From: an uncultured Bacilli bacterium
Lineage (GTDB): Bacteria > Bacillota_I > Bacilli_A > RF39 > UBA660
Direction of reading: 5' to 3'
DNA: 64,000 nucleotides
Assembly: GCA_947629935.1 (NCBI GenBank)
Contig: CANRFQ010000004.1
Coordinates: forward strand, 5,403 to 69,402
Shown here: piece after piece, positions 1 through 9,951 of the stretch
Numbering within the stretch: the stretch's first letter is position 1
Layout: the number at the start of each line of letters is the position of its first letter
Translations under genes and position numbers: made by a program
Notes under the pieces: model-generated
What the model was told of the DNA's origin: nothing
The model's input: only the letters and a program-made list of their open reading frames with translations
Database searches by the model: none

Positions 1-255
1 AATGATTTAAAACATACTAGAGGTGTCATTTCGATGGCTCGTTCTCAAGATTATAATAGTGCTAGTTCGCAATTCTTCATCGTTCAAGAAGACAGCCAAC
101 ATTTAGATGGTGCCTACGCCGCCTTTGGCAAAGTAATCAATGGTATGGATATTGTTGATAAAATTGTCTCTGATGCTAAGCCCATAGATAATAATGGCAC
201 TATATTAGAAGAAGATCAGCCAGTAATTGAATCTATTAAAATAATGGAGGATTAA
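1..255 (+). CDS. ppiB: Peptidyl-prolyl cis-trans isomerase, cyclophilin type (C-terminal fragment; 5' end outside window)
   Basis: Frame-1 ORF is open at the window edge. Translation ...HTRGVISMARSQDYNSASSQFFIV...AFGKVINGMDIVDKI matches the conserved cyclophilin core. A hairpin plus T-tract follows the stop. Confidence 0.85.
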   Translation, partial: NDLKHTRGVISMARSQDYNSASSQFFIVQEDSQHLDGAYAAFGKVINGMDIVDKIVSDAKPIDNNGTILEEDQPVIESIKIMED

Positions 256-313
256 AAAATCCTTTTTTATTTGGCATTCTTAAGTTATAATATAGACTTT
301 GAGGGGATACATA

Positions 314-1090
314 ATGGAGATAGATTTATATGAACATCTACAAAAAAATGTAGAAACTTTAAAAAAAGAACAAACGAAAATTTTGTTAGAAAGAATAAAA
401 GCCAATGCATTAAAAAGTAATTCATCTTTTTCGCCTAAGATGATGAATGAGCTAGCTTTAAACTTTAAGCAAAATTTAGGTTTGTTTTATATGTTTCAAA
501 AAGGTTATGAAAATCTTTATTTAGAAAATTATCAAGAGCAAAATTTTAGCCTAACTATTCAAGAAATCTTTGGCTTTTTGGGTAGTATTGCTAGTTTAGA
601 TAAAAAAAAGATATCCCAATACTTAAAGCATATAAAAAAAATATATAACCCTTATTTTACAAAAATAGAAAAATATGATTCTGCTAGTATATTGTTAAGA
701 GAACGTAGTGGTGAAGAGTATATCGTTGCCGATTTTTTAAAAAAGTTAATTTTAAAGTCCGATAATTCTATTTTAAACATTTTACAAAATCCCTATACCC
801 GCAAAAATAACTTATTTAGTTATAGTACAGTGTTAGCTTCTATTATACAATATAATTTGGCTGTCGGTTTTATCTGCATAGATGACATGCGCGTTTTATA
901 TCCGATTGTTTATAATGATGGGATTTGTTTAGATACCTATAATAATCTAATGTTACCGGAAGAATTAATATTTAAATATTTCTCATTTGACCCTTTTATC
1001 GCAATAGATGCTGAAGCTTCCCAATTTTTATATATGAATTATGATGAGCAAAATATAGCTAAAGTATTATTAAATAACCTGTATAAATGA
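314..1090 (+). CDS. Hypothetical protein
   Basis: Long ORF with a GAGGGGA RBS about 6 nt upstream of ATG 314 (the ORF track starts at TTG 299). No family recognised. Confidence 0.5.
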   Translation: MEIDLYEHLQKNVETLKKEQTKILLERIKANALKSNSSFSPKMMNELALNFKQNLGLFYMFQKGYENLYLENYQEQNFSLTIQEIFGFLGSIASLDKKKISQYLKHIKKIYNPYFTKIEKYDSASILLRERSGEEYIVADFLKKLILKSDNSILNILQNPYTRKNNLFSYSTVLASIIQYNLAVGFICIDDMRVLYPIVYNDGICLDTYNNLMLPEELIFKYFSFDPFIAIDAEASQFLYMNYDEQNIAKVLLNNLYK

Positions 1091-1113
1091 TTTTGCTTTT
1101 TTTAATAATATAA

Positions 1114-2070
1114 ATGGTGATGCCAATGCTTATAAGATTAGGTTATGCGGTTAGTTGTAAAACTTTAGAAAATCAACATTTATTTCATACTTTAACATAT
1201 ACAAATTATTTAAAACAAGAAGATAATAAAAAATTAGAAGAGACAATTATAGCTAACTTAGATGGCTTACAAGAAATTTTAAAATATAATCAAAAAAATA
1301 ATATTCATTTTTATCGTCTTAATTCTAATTTAATTCCCTTAGCGACACATGCTCAAGTCCAATTTGATTATCATCCTCTAATTGCTGATAAGCTAAGATT
1401 GCTTGGCCAATTTATTATGCAAAATAAAATGCGAGTTGATACTCATCCTGATCAATTTTGTGTTTTAAATAGCGCTAAAGAAGAAGTTGTTAAAAGTAGC
1501 ATTAATATTTTAAGACAAGAAAAAATTATTTTCGATTATCTAAATATTTTAAATCCCCGGATTATATTGCATATTGGCAGTGCGGAGGGCAGTAAAAAAG
1601 AGGGAATATTGAGATTTATTAAAAACTTTCGAACTTTAGATCCTGATTTACAAAAAATGATTATTATTGAAAATGACGATAAAATTTACGATATAAAAGA
1701 TACTTTAGAGTTGTCAGAATATTTAAAAATACCTATGGTATTAGATTATCATCATTATCTGTGTAATAATCCTTTGAATTTGTCCATAGAAGACTACATT
1801 TTACGTATCTTTCAAACTTGGCACGATCAAAAGCCAAAAGTGCATTTTTCTTCACCGAAAAGTAAGTTAAAAAAAGAATTTCGCGCTCATCACGATTATA
1901 TTGACGTGCAGGCCTTTATTACCTTTTTAGATAAAGTGAAATTTTGCAATATCGATTTTGATATAATGATTGAAGCTAAGATGAAAGATATGGCTTTATT
2001 TCGTTTAGTTCGCGAACTTAAATATTTAACTAATTATACCTTTATAGATGAAACAACTTTTAAAATCTAA
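1114..2070 (+). CDS. uvsE: UV damage endonuclease (UvdE/UvsE family)
   Basis: 318-aa ORF with RLGYAV N-terminus, HFYRLNSNLIPLATH, ILHIGS, IENDD and DYHH motifs typical of UvdE TIM-barrel endonucleases. ATG 1126 (MLIRLGYA) is an alternative start. Confidence 0.75.
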   Translation: MVMPMLIRLGYAVSCKTLENQHLFHTLTYTNYLKQEDNKKLEETIIANLDGLQEILKYNQKNNIHFYRLNSNLIPLATHAQVQFDYHPLIADKLRLLGQFIMQNKMRVDTHPDQFCVLNSAKEEVVKSSINILRQEKIIFDYLNILNPRIILHIGSAEGSKKEGILRFIKNFRTLDPDLQKMIIIENDDKIYDIKDTLELSEYLKIPMVLDYHHYLCNNPLNLSIEDYILRIFQTWHDQKPKVHFSSPKSKLKKEFRAHHDYIDVQAFITFLDKVKFCNIDFDIMIEAKMKDMALFRLVRELKYLTNYTFIDETTFKI

Positions 2071-2885
2071 TTAGCTAGATAATAAGCGTAATATTCATCA
2101 AAAGTTATATTTTCTTGATATACTTTTAAAGCAGTTTCTTCTCCTAAATAGCGATAGTGCCACGGCTCGAAGGCGTAGCCAGTTATATAGCTTTTATCTT
2201 TAGGATATCTTAAAATAAAGCCGTATTTATAAGAATTTTCTTTTAACCACTTATAAGCCTTAGTATTGGCAAATTCCGACATTGGGACATGGTCACTTAA
2301 AATATCTAAAGCTAGTCCTGTTTGATGTTCAGAAAATCCTGGACGCGCCGAGATGGTATTCGTATAATCCTCACCATAAGTTACTAAGTATTTAGTATAT
2401 AATTCTTTTTGATAAGCAAATGTGCGATATGCCGAAGTAACATAAAAATTGACATCATCTTTTAAGGCGGCATTATACATGTCTATAAAAGCTTCATTAA
2501 CTTCCACCAGCGTTTGTTTATCTTTATAAGCAAATTCAGTACTCATATTCATTAAATCAGTAGGAGTATAGTCTTCTTCTAGATAATTATATTTATTGAC
2601 TAAGATTAAGTTACCTTTATTTAAATCAGCTTTTTGGCTATCGTCATACGCTTTTTTATCAGCATCTACATTAACAATAGCAATGATGTCTTTTATTTTA
2701 AGATCGGGATGGGTTGCATAAAAACTGTTATATCTATCCAAATTTTTTTCTAAATAATATTTTTCTTGGGCAAATATATTTTCTTGCTCCTTAAAAGTAG
2801 TTTGTGGTTTAGAATTATGTTTACTAATAACAATTAAATTTAATATAAATATTAAAGATATAATAATTGTAATTTTTACTTTCAT
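2067..2885 (-). CDS. D-alanyl-D-alanine carboxypeptidase, M15B/VanY family, membrane anchored
   Basis: SAYRTFAYQKELY, SEHQTGLALD and EPWHYRY match the VanY zinc-peptidase signature, and there is an N-terminal TM anchor. Start chosen at ATG 2885 (MKVKITII); the ORF track extends to 2948. Confidence 0.8.
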   Translation of the reverse strand: MKVKITIIISLIFILNLIVISKHNSKPQTTFKEQENIFAQEKYYLEKNLDRYNSFYATHPDLKIKDIIAIVNVDADKKAYDDSQKADLNKGNLILVNKYNYLEEDYTPTDLMNMSTEFAYKDKQTLVEVNEAFIDMYNAALKDDVNFYVTSAYRTFAYQKELYTKYLVTYGEDYTNTISARPGFSEHQTGLALDILSDHVPMSEFANTKAYKWLKENSYKYGFILRYPKDKSYITGYAFEPWHYRYLGEETALKVYQENITFDEYYAYYLAN

Positions 2886-3092
2886 ATTTAACACCATTAT
2901 TATTTTTGTCAAAATAAGAATTTTTAGTATACAATTTTCCGTTATCACTATATAATAAATATATATGCCAAATTAGTTTAATGATAAAACAAATCCATGG
3001 TAAGGATTAGCTGACAGTTTGATTCTGTCATTTGGCACCAGATTGATACTAAACTCGAACTTTCGAGTAAAAATAGAAAATAGAAAGCGTCC

Positions 3093-3121
3093 TTGATAAA
3101 AGAGCAGCTTTATGCTATTAT
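3093..3121 (+). promoter_or_regulatory. Sigma-A-type promoter TTGATA-17-TATTAT driving a short plus-strand transcript
   Basis: TTGATA at 3093-3098, a 17-nt spacer, and TATTAT at 3116-3121. No plausible CDS lies downstream before the hairpin/T-tract at 3201-3240. Confidence 0.4.
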
Positions 3122-3127
3122 GAATGT

Positions 3128-3240
3128 GTCAAGGAAACTTGCATAAAATAAAAAAGGATACATTTGATTGGGTGAATCAGATGTTATCCCTTATTGGGTT
3201 TCATCTGAAATCAACGATTGTTGAAATCAGATGTTTTTAT
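3128..3240 (+). ncRNA. Candidate antisense sRNA (putative type I antitoxin), convergent with the small hydrophobic ORF
   Basis: Bounded by the promoter at 3093-3121 and by the hairpin CATCTGA-AA-TCAAC/GTTGA-AA-TCAGATG (3201-3235) followed by TTTTTAT. It overlaps the 3' UTR of the minus-strand small ORF transcript. Confidence 0.3.
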
Positions 3241-3317
3241 TATCTAAATAGTAAGGTGATTACTACAAAGAATAATAGCAGAATTATAATAAATAGAGGA
3301 AGTTCTCTTTTTGTCAT
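3240..3317 (-). CDS. 25-aa hydrophobic peptide MTKRELPLFIIILLLFFVVITLLFR (candidate type I toxin)
   Basis: Not in the ORF track (too short). It has a strong RBS (AAAGGTGGTGG, 6 nt before the ATG) and a tandem TAA TAA stop. A consensus promoter lies upstream (3396-3424, minus). A hairpin plus T-run lies downstream on the minus strand (3190-3145). Confidence 0.4.
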   Translation of the reverse strand: MTKRELPLFIIILLLFFVVITLLFR

Positions 3318-3395
3318 AATTAACCACCACCTTTCTCTTATCTTCTGATAATTGAAAGGGAAAACATCTGATATATTTCAAATGTATCCATGAAT

Positions 3396-3424
3396 ATTAT
3401 AGCAAACATTTGTTCATTATACAA
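3396..3424 (-). promoter_or_regulatory. Promoter TTGTAT-17-TATAAT for the small ORF
   Basis: The reverse complement of 3396-3424 reads TTGTAT, a 17-nt spacer, then TATAAT, with TG just upstream of the -10 region. Confidence 0.45.
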
Positions 3425-3515
3425 GGCATTTAATACTAAGCTATGTTCATTTAGAAAACACAATGGCCTTTAGGAAAAAACAATAAGAAAATAAATTAAA
3501 AGGAGGCTATTTAAT

Positions 3516-4040
3516 ATGAAAATATATATTGCCAGACATGGAGAAGTTCTCCATAATGTTTTAAAACGATATACTACTATTGATGAAGATTTAAATGATA
3601 CAGGAGTTAAACAGGCAAAAGAATTACGAGAAAAAATAAAAAATATAAAATTTGACATTATTATATCATCACCATTAATTAGGGCAAAACATACTGCGAA
3701 TATAATAAATTCCAATAATATAAAACTAATATTTGATGACAGACTTAAAGAAAGAGATTGTGGAAATTTAAGTGGAAAACTTAAAGAAGTTATTAATAGA
3801 GAGGAATATTGGAATTATAATTCTACTATCCAATGTGGAACATCAGAAAATATAAAACTTTTTTTTAAAAGAGTGGAAAATTTTTTAGATGAATTAAAAG
3901 AAAAAGAATATAAAAATGTACTTATAATTACTCATAGCGGCGTAGCTAAAGCATTTAGTGCTTATTTCGAAGGAATTAAAGATGGTAATTTTTTGAATAA
4001 AGGGCTTAAAAACGGTGAAGTAAAAATTTATGAATTATAA
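3516..4040 (+). CDS. Histidine phosphatase family protein (phosphoglycerate mutase-like)
   Basis: N-terminal IYIARHGE (RHG catalytic motif) and downstream ITHSGV. AGGAGG RBS upstream. Confidence 0.8.
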   Translation: MKIYIARHGEVLHNVLKRYTTIDEDLNDTGVKQAKELREKIKNIKFDIIISSPLIRAKHTANIINSNNIKLIFDDRLKERDCGNLSGKLKEVINREEYWNYNSTIQCGTSENIKLFFKRVENFLDELKEKEYKNVLIITHSGVAKAFSAYFEGIKDGNFLNKGLKNGEVKIYEL

Positions 4041-4168
4041 TTATAAAATTTTGTATTTCTTGTTTTAGGAAGACAAAAATTTGAGCTAGTTCAAAATGTC
4101 CATTTAAATAATAGAATAATAAATAGAAAGAAGACAATTTAAAGTATCAAAAAACAGGCACTTATTTA

Positions 4169-5023
4169 TTAACGTGCTTGTTTTTTGATTAATTTTCCAT
4201 GAACCACAATCCGTCCACCGGAATTATTTTCACAAGTTGATAAAGTAATGAAAGTATCGTTAGCACTTACTTCGGCATCAACTGGTGCCGTATTTCTTTC
4301 TTTCATGGTTTTTACCCATTGTTCTTTTTCTTCCGTATTGGCAAAATCTGTCCTAATGTAATAACTTTCGGCTTCAATTGTATAAATAGAAAAGATCTGG
4401 AAAACCATATTCTCTTTTGGAGTAGAAAGTTGAATTATATAATTATCTTTATTATTTTGCCAAGACTTGGTTAAAGTATTTTTTAAAGAACCAAAGACAG
4501 TTTTATTAACACGTCCATGACCATAAACTACCAAATTGGAACTCATTGGATCTAACGAGTCACGGTAGTCTAAGAAAACCCAACCCGCATCATTTTTGGT
4601 TTTATCAAACGCATGAGTTAAGTAGTAATCATTATCACCAGTTTGGACAACAGGATAGTTAATGTTCGAACTTTCCATATGAATAAAAGCTACAGTATCA
4701 CTATTTTTTTGTAATAATTCATTAAAATCAACTTCATAAAAAGGCATGTCAATATAATACCAATAATCACTTTTTTTATTATCAGGAGGATTAATCAATT
4801 CGCCTTGTTCTTCTACAACATTGGTGGGAACATCAACTTGAATTTCTTTTTCTAATTTTTCTATTTTTTCGTTATCTTCATTCCAGTTATGTATACCCCA
4901 AATAGAAAAAGCAAAAATTATCGCACAAACGCCCATTAAAACAAAAAATACCCAAGGACGAAATTTTAATTTCTTTTTTTTCTTAAAACCGGTAGGTTCC
5001 TTTTTTGGTTTATCTTTTTTCAA
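4169..5023 (-). CDS. srtB: Class B sortase
   Basis: N-terminal TM anchor, VVYGH and TLSTC (catalytic Cys) plus a downstream Arg. Overall SrtB-like length and pattern (DYYLTH, AGWVFLDYR). Confidence 0.8.
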   Translation of the reverse strand: MKKDKPKKEPTGFKKKKKLKFRPWVFFVLMGVCAIIFAFSIWGIHNWNEDNEKIEKLEKEIQVDVPTNVVEEQGELINPPDNKKSDYWYYIDMPFYEVDFNELLQKNSDTVAFIHMESSNINYPVVQTGDNDYYLTHAFDKTKNDAGWVFLDYRDSLDPMSSNLVVYGHGRVNKTVFGSLKNTLTKSWQNNKDNYIIQLSTPKENMVFQIFSIYTIEAESYYIRTDFANTEEKEQWVKTMKERNTAPVDAEVSANDTFITLSTCENNSGGRIVVHGKLIKKQAR

Positions 5024-5136
5024 TTTATTTCACCTCAATTGCTCTAATTGTACCACTCCTTAAATTAAAAGAAAATAGTTTTCAACTTTAAGTATTTATT
5101 TTTTTCATGTATAATAAGAGGGCAGGAGGCAGATTT

Positions 5137-6933
5137 ATGAAACAAGAAAACATACGTAATTTTTCGATTATTGCTCATATTGATCATGGAAAAAGTACGC
5201 TAGCTGATCGGATCTTAGAACTTACTGGTAATGTTTCCAAACATGAAATGAAAGATCAATTACTTGATAGTATGGATTTGGAAAGAGAAAGAGGCATTAC
5301 CATTAAGTTAAATGCCGTGAGTTTAAAATATAAATATCATAATGAGGATTATCTTTTACATTTGATCGATACTCCTGGTCATGTAGATTTTTCCTATGAA
5401 GTTTCTCGTAGTTTGGCGGCTTGTGAAGGGGCGGTTTTAGTAGTTGATGCGGCGCAGGGAATTGAAGCGCAGACCTTAGCTAACCTTTATTTAGCCTTAA
5501 ATAATGATTTAACTATCATACCCGTTATCAATAAAATTGATTTACCTAATGCCGATGTTCCTAAAGTAACGCAAGAATTATGTAATGTTTTAGGTTTTCA
5601 AGAAGAGGACATTATTTTATGTAGTGGTAAAACTGGTCAGGGAGTGGATAAACTTTTAGAAGCCATCATCCAAAGAATAAATCCGCCGAAAATCGCTAAT
5701 AATAGTCCTACCAAAGCTTTAATTTTTGATTCTTATTTTGATGCTTATCGGGGGGTTATTGCCCATGTACGTCTTGTTGATGGTGAGCTTAAAGTCCATG
5801 ATAAAATAAAAATGATGGCTACTGGTTTTGAATGTGAAATAGTGGAACTAGGTATTAATACTCCCAAAGAGGTTAAAAAAGATAAATTAATAAGTGGGGA
5901 AGTAGGGTGGCTTTCTGGCAGTATTAAAGATATTTCTAAAGTTAGCGTAGGTGATACCATAACTACGGTCAAAAATCCAGCTCAAGAAATGTTACCGGGT
6001 TATGAGCCTATGAAACCAATGGTTTATTCTGGTCTTTTTCCAATTGAGCCTAATAAATTTGTCCATCTCAAAGAAGCTTTGGAAAAATTAAAGTTAAATG
6101 ACGCTTCTTTAAGTTTTGAACCCGAAACTTCTGATGCTTTAGGCTTTGGTTTTCGTTGTGGCTTTTTAGGCCTTTTACATATGGAAATTATCATGAGTCG
6201 AATTGAAAGAGAATTTGGCATTGATATTATTGCTACTTCTCCTTCCGTTATCTATGAAGTCCTTTTGACTAATGGAAATAAAATAATGATTGACTCACCT
6301 AACAAAATGCCTGATCGTGCTACTATTAATAAAATTAGTGAGCCTTATATTAGGACTAATATATTTGTTCCTAGTGAATATATTGGAGCCATCATGGAAT
6401 TATGCCAAGATAAAAGAGGAATATACGAAAATATGGAGTATATTAACGAAACGAGAGTTAATATTCATTATAAATTGCCTTTATCGGAAATTGTATATGA
6501 TTTTTTTGATAAACTAAAAAGCTCGACAAAAGGCTATGCATCTTTCGATTATGAATATGTAGGTTATGAACCCAGTGATTTAGTGAAAATGGATATTTTA
6601 TTAAATGGAGAAGCTGTCGATGCCTTATCAACTATCGTTCATAAAGATTTTGCTTATAATCGCGGCAAAACAATTGTGGAAAATTTAAAAGAATTAATTC
6701 CCCGCCAGATGTTTCAAGTGCCAATCCAAGCTTGTATTGGGTCTAAAGTTATTGCTAGAGAAACTATCAGTGCCCTGCGTAAGAATGTTTTAGCTAAATG
6801 TTACGGGGGCGATATTACCCGTAAAAGGAAATTATTAGAAAAACAAAAAGAAGGTAAGAAAAGAATGAAAATGGTCGGTAGTGTGGAAATACCTCAAGAA
6901 GCCTTTTTAGCGGTCTTAAAGAACGAAAAGTAA
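5137..6933 (+). CDS. lepA: Elongation factor 4 (LepA)
   Basis: [28 protein letters not shown] and NKIDL GTPase motifs plus the LepA-specific C-terminus. AGGAGG RBS before ATG 5137 (the ORF track starts at 5107). Confidence 0.95.
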   Translation: MKQENIRNFSIIAHIDHGKSTLADRILELTGNVSKHEMKDQLLDSMDLERERGITIKLNAVSLKYKYHNEDYLLHLIDTPGHVDFSYEVSRSLAACEGAVLVVDAAQGIEAQTLANLYLALNNDLTIIPVINKIDLPNADVPKVTQELCNVLGFQEEDIILCSGKTGQGVDKLLEAIIQRINPPKIANNSPTKALIFDSYFDAYRGVIAHVRLVDGELKVHDKIKMMATGFECEIVELGINTPKEVKKDKLISGEVGWLSGSIKDISKVSVGDTITTVKNPAQEMLPGYEPMKPMVYSGLFPIEPNKFVHLKEALEKLKLNDASLSFEPETSDALGFGFRCGFLGLLHMEIIMSRIEREFGIDIIATSPSVIYEVLLTNGNKIMIDSPNKMPDRATINKISEPYIRTNIFVPSEYIGAIMELCQDKRGIYENMEYINETRVNIHYKLPLSEIVYDFFDKLKSSTKGYASFDYEYVGYEPSDLVKMDILLNGEAVDALSTIVHKDFAYNRGKTIVENLKELIPRQMFQVPIQACIGSKVIARETISALRKNVLAKCYGGDITRKRKLLEKQKEGKKRMKMVGSVEIPQEAFLAVLKNEK

Positions 6934-7019
6934 TTTACTTTCGGTTTACATATATTTTAAAAATATTTGTAAACTTTTTTATTATTTAGTAAAATAATAG
7001 TGGATAAAGTAGGTGAATT

Positions 7020-8102
7020 ATGAAAAGTGCTTATGTACATATCCCATTTTGTCGCCATATCTGTACTTATTGTGATTTTTGTAAAATGAATTATGAAAAA
7101 GAATGGGTAAATAACTATTTAGATACACTCGAAGAAGAAATAATTGAAAAATATAATTCCGAAGAATTAGAAACTTTATATATTGGGGGCGGAACGCCTT
7201 CTTGTTTAGATGAACAAGATTTAGAAAAATTATTTAAAATTATCCAAAGGTTTAATTTAAAAGATGATTGTGAATTTACTTTTGAATGTAACTTAAATGA
7301 CATTAATGAAATGTTACTCACTATTTTAAAAGAAAATAATGTAAATAGATTAAGTATTGGTATTGAATCTTTTGATAAAGATAATCAAAAGTTTATGGAA
7401 AGAGAGCATTCTTTTGAAGATGCTCAAGAAATAATTAAACTTGCCCGAAATCTAGGCTTTAACAATATTAGTGTAGATTTGATGTATGCCCTACCAGATG
7501 AAACTTTAAGTACTGTGAAAAAAGATCTTGCCAAAATCTTAAAATTAAATGTTGATCACATAAGTACTTATTCTTTAATTTTAGAAGAAAATACGAAAGC
7601 TTCTATAAATGATATTCAACCTCTTAATGAAGACGTTGATGCAAAAATGTATGAATATCTAACTAAAAAACTCAAAAGCGAAGGATACAATCACTATGAA
7701 ATTAGTAATTTCGCTCATCCCGGTTATGAATCAAAACATAATTTAACTTATTGGAATAATGAATATTACTATGGTTTTGGTTTAGGAGCGCATGGGTATA
7801 TACATGGCGTCCGTTACGAAAACACACGTAGTTTAAATAATTATTTAGAAGGTAAATATGTTTTAGAAGAAAATATTTTATCAAAGCAAGAAATTATGGA
7901 AAATGAAGTTATGTTGGGATTAAGAAAAATCGAAGGTCTAAATTTAAGTGAATTTTTTCAAAAGTTTGAACTTAATTTACAAGATGTTTTTCCGATTAAG
8001 CCTTTGCTAAAAAGTAAAGATTTGCTCTATGCAGATGGATATATTTTTATTAATCCCGAAAAATTATATGTTATGAATGAAATTTTAGTTAAATTAATTT
8101 AG
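7020..8102 (+). CDS. hemW: Radical SAM heme chaperone HemW (HemN-like)
   Basis: YVHIPFCRHICTYCDF CxxxCxxC radical-SAM motif, GGGTPS, and the conserved position downstream of lepA. Confidence 0.85.
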   Translation: MKSAYVHIPFCRHICTYCDFCKMNYEKEWVNNYLDTLEEEIIEKYNSEELETLYIGGGTPSCLDEQDLEKLFKIIQRFNLKDDCEFTFECNLNDINEMLLTILKENNVNRLSIGIESFDKDNQKFMEREHSFEDAQEIIKLARNLGFNNISVDLMYALPDETLSTVKKDLAKILKLNVDHISTYSLILEENTKASINDIQPLNEDVDAKMYEYLTKKLKSEGYNHYEISNFAHPGYESKHNLTYWNNEYYYGFGLGAHGYIHGVRYENTRSLNNYLEGKYVLEENILSKQEIMENEVMLGLRKIEGLNLSEFFQKFELNLQDVFPIKPLLKSKDLLYADGYIFINPEKLYVMNEILVKLI

Positions 8103-8229
8103 AAATTTTGATCTTGTGTAAAATCAAGATAGGAAGTGAATTTTTATAGAAAGCGAAATATATGATAAATTACAAGGAAAAGAATTATTAATTGCTGAAT
8201 CTACACAAGCTAGTAAAATTAGTATTGCT

Positions 8230-9381
8230 TTGGATTTTGCAAAAGAAAATTATAAAATTTTAATACTAATTTTGACTATTCTCGCATTAGTTGTAAGATT
8301 AATATTATTTAATTTTCAAAGTCATGATTTTATCAGGTTTTTAAATCCGTGGCTTAATTTTTTTAGACAAAATGGTGGTCTAAATGGCATTGCTACATAT
8401 AGAGGCAATTATAATGCCCCATATATTTTAATTTTAGCTTTATTATCTTACATACCTATTAAAAATATATATCTAATTAAATTAATTTCAATTTTTTTTG
8501 ATTTTTTATTGGCAATTGCTAGTGGTTATATAGCATATTTATTATCTAAGAAAAAAAATATTGCTTTTCTAATTTATATTTTAATCTTATTTTTACCGCA
8601 AGTTGTTATTAATGGAGCAATGTGGGGACAATGTGATTCAATTTATGTTTTCTTTTTAATTATTTCCTTAATATATTTTTTAAAAGAAAAATATTTTTGG
8701 ACTTTTATATTTTTAGGAATATCGTTTGCTTTTAAATTACAAGCTGTATTTATTCTTCCATTATACATCATAATATATGTAACTCAAAGAAAATTTTCCT
8801 TTTTGTATTTCTTATTAGTACCTTTAGTCGAAATAGTTTTATGTATACCTAATATCATTTTAGGCATGCCTTTTATAAAATGTTTTACTGTTTATTTTCA
8901 ACAAATTGGAAAGAATTCATATAATTTAGTTTTTAATTATCCAAATATCTATCAAATTATTAATTTTAATTTTAATATTTTAAAAAAAGTGGGAGTATTA
9001 GTAACCCTAATAATATGTATGTTTTTGTTATTTTATTTGTACAAAAAACATATTAAATGGAATAAAGAAAAAGTATTTAGTCTATGTTTTTTACTTATTA
9101 TGATAGTAACTTATTTTCTTCCGTGTATGCATGATAGATATGTTTATTTTGGAGAAATATTATCTGTAATATACTACATTTTATACCGTAAAAACTTAGG
9201 AATAGTTTTAATAGTTAATTTAAATGCATTAGTTACGTATATGGTATATTTATTTAACATGCAAACAAAAATCTCTAATTTGCTTTATCCAAGTATGGCT
9301 ATAATTTATGGAATATTTTTACTTCTATTTACTAAAAATTCTTTGAATTTTATTAAAGATAGTTGCGGTAACGGAAATTAG
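8230..9381 (+). CDS. Polytopic membrane protein, GT-C-like glycosyltransferase (mannosyltransferase/DUF2029-like)
   Basis: About 10 predicted TM segments. The N-terminal region HDFIRFLNPWLNFF...GNYNAPYILILALLS resembles GT-C family lipid-linked sugar transferases. TTG start per the ORF track. Confidence 0.45.
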   Translation: MDFAKENYKILILILTILALVVRLILFNFQSHDFIRFLNPWLNFFRQNGGLNGIATYRGNYNAPYILILALLSYIPIKNIYLIKLISIFFDFLLAIASGYIAYLLSKKKNIAFLIYILILFLPQVVINGAMWGQCDSIYVFFLIISLIYFLKEKYFWTFIFLGISFAFKLQAVFILPLYIIIYVTQRKFSFLYFLLVPLVEIVLCIPNIILGMPFIKCFTVYFQQIGKNSYNLVFNYPNIYQIINFNFNILKKVGVLVTLIICMFLLFYLYKKHIKWNKEKVFSLCFLLIMIVTYFLPCMHDRYVYFGEILSVIYYILYRKNLGIVLIVNLNALVTYMVYLFNMQTKISNLLYPSMAIIYGIFLLLFTKNSLNFIKDSCGNGN

Positions 9382-9424
9382 ATGTTTTTTTTGCATAGAT
9401 TAAAAATTAATAGGAAAAATAAAT

Positions 9425-9895
9425 ATGGTGATGCCCGTGCGCAAGATAATTTGGAGTTTAATTTTGTTTTTCGTTTTTCCTTTAATGACAAGGGCTGATA
9501 GTGCTTATTTAACAGCCTTGAGTATTGAAGGTTATTTTTTATCACCAGAATTTGATAAATATAATAATTCCTATAGTGTAGCAATTAATGAAGAAGATAC
9601 TTCTTTAAATCTTAATTATACTTTAGAAGATAGTAAGGCTACCGTAGAAGTAGTTGGTAATGAAAATTTAGTAGATGGCCAAGAAATAAAGATTAATGTG
9701 CAAAATAATGCGGAGACGCAGACGTATATTATCTATGTTAATAAAAACACTCCGCAAACTGTTGGACAAATAGAAAATACGGCCACGGAATTAAACATTC
9801 CCCAAAAAATGAATATGAAATTAGTAATCGTCGGTTTAGTTATCATATGGATTGCTCTTGCTTATATATTTAAAAAAATTATTTTCTTTAAATAG
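9425..9895 (+). CDS. Cadherin-like beta-sandwich domain protein with signal peptide and C-terminal TM anchor
   Basis: YLTALSIEGYFLSPEFDKYNNSYSVAINEEDTSLNLNYTLEDSKATVEVVGNENL fits the cadherin-like beta-sandwich repeat pattern. Hydrophobic N- and C-termini. Confidence 0.6.
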   Translation: MVMPVRKIIWSLILFFVFPLMTRADSAYLTALSIEGYFLSPEFDKYNNSYSVAINEEDTSLNLNYTLEDSKATVEVVGNENLVDGQEIKINVQNNAETQTYIIYVNKNTPQTVGQIENTATELNIPQKMNMKLVIVGLVIIWIALAYIFKKIIFFK

Positions 9896-9951
9896 GCGAT
9901 TTAATTAAAAGACATCTAAATTTTTTAATAAAATAACTTAGGTGTTTTATT

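Noticed and set aside
3124-3715. ORF-track entries 3124-3348(+) 74 aa and 3470-3715(-) 81 aa
   Set aside because: Neither has an RBS. The first spans a terminator hairpin and lies antisense to the better-supported 25-aa ORF. The second overlaps the start of the histidine phosphatase gene on the opposite strand.
5745-6517. ORF-track entries 5745-5972(-), 6024-6221(-) and 6290-6517(+) inside lepA
   Set aside because: They are antisense or alternate-frame ORFs lying wholly within a highly conserved CDS. They have no RBS and a low-complexity composition, so they are chance ORFs. The same reasoning applies to the many other 60-100 aa antisense ORFs inside hemW, the YnbB-like gene, the 1138-aa gene, VirD4 and others.
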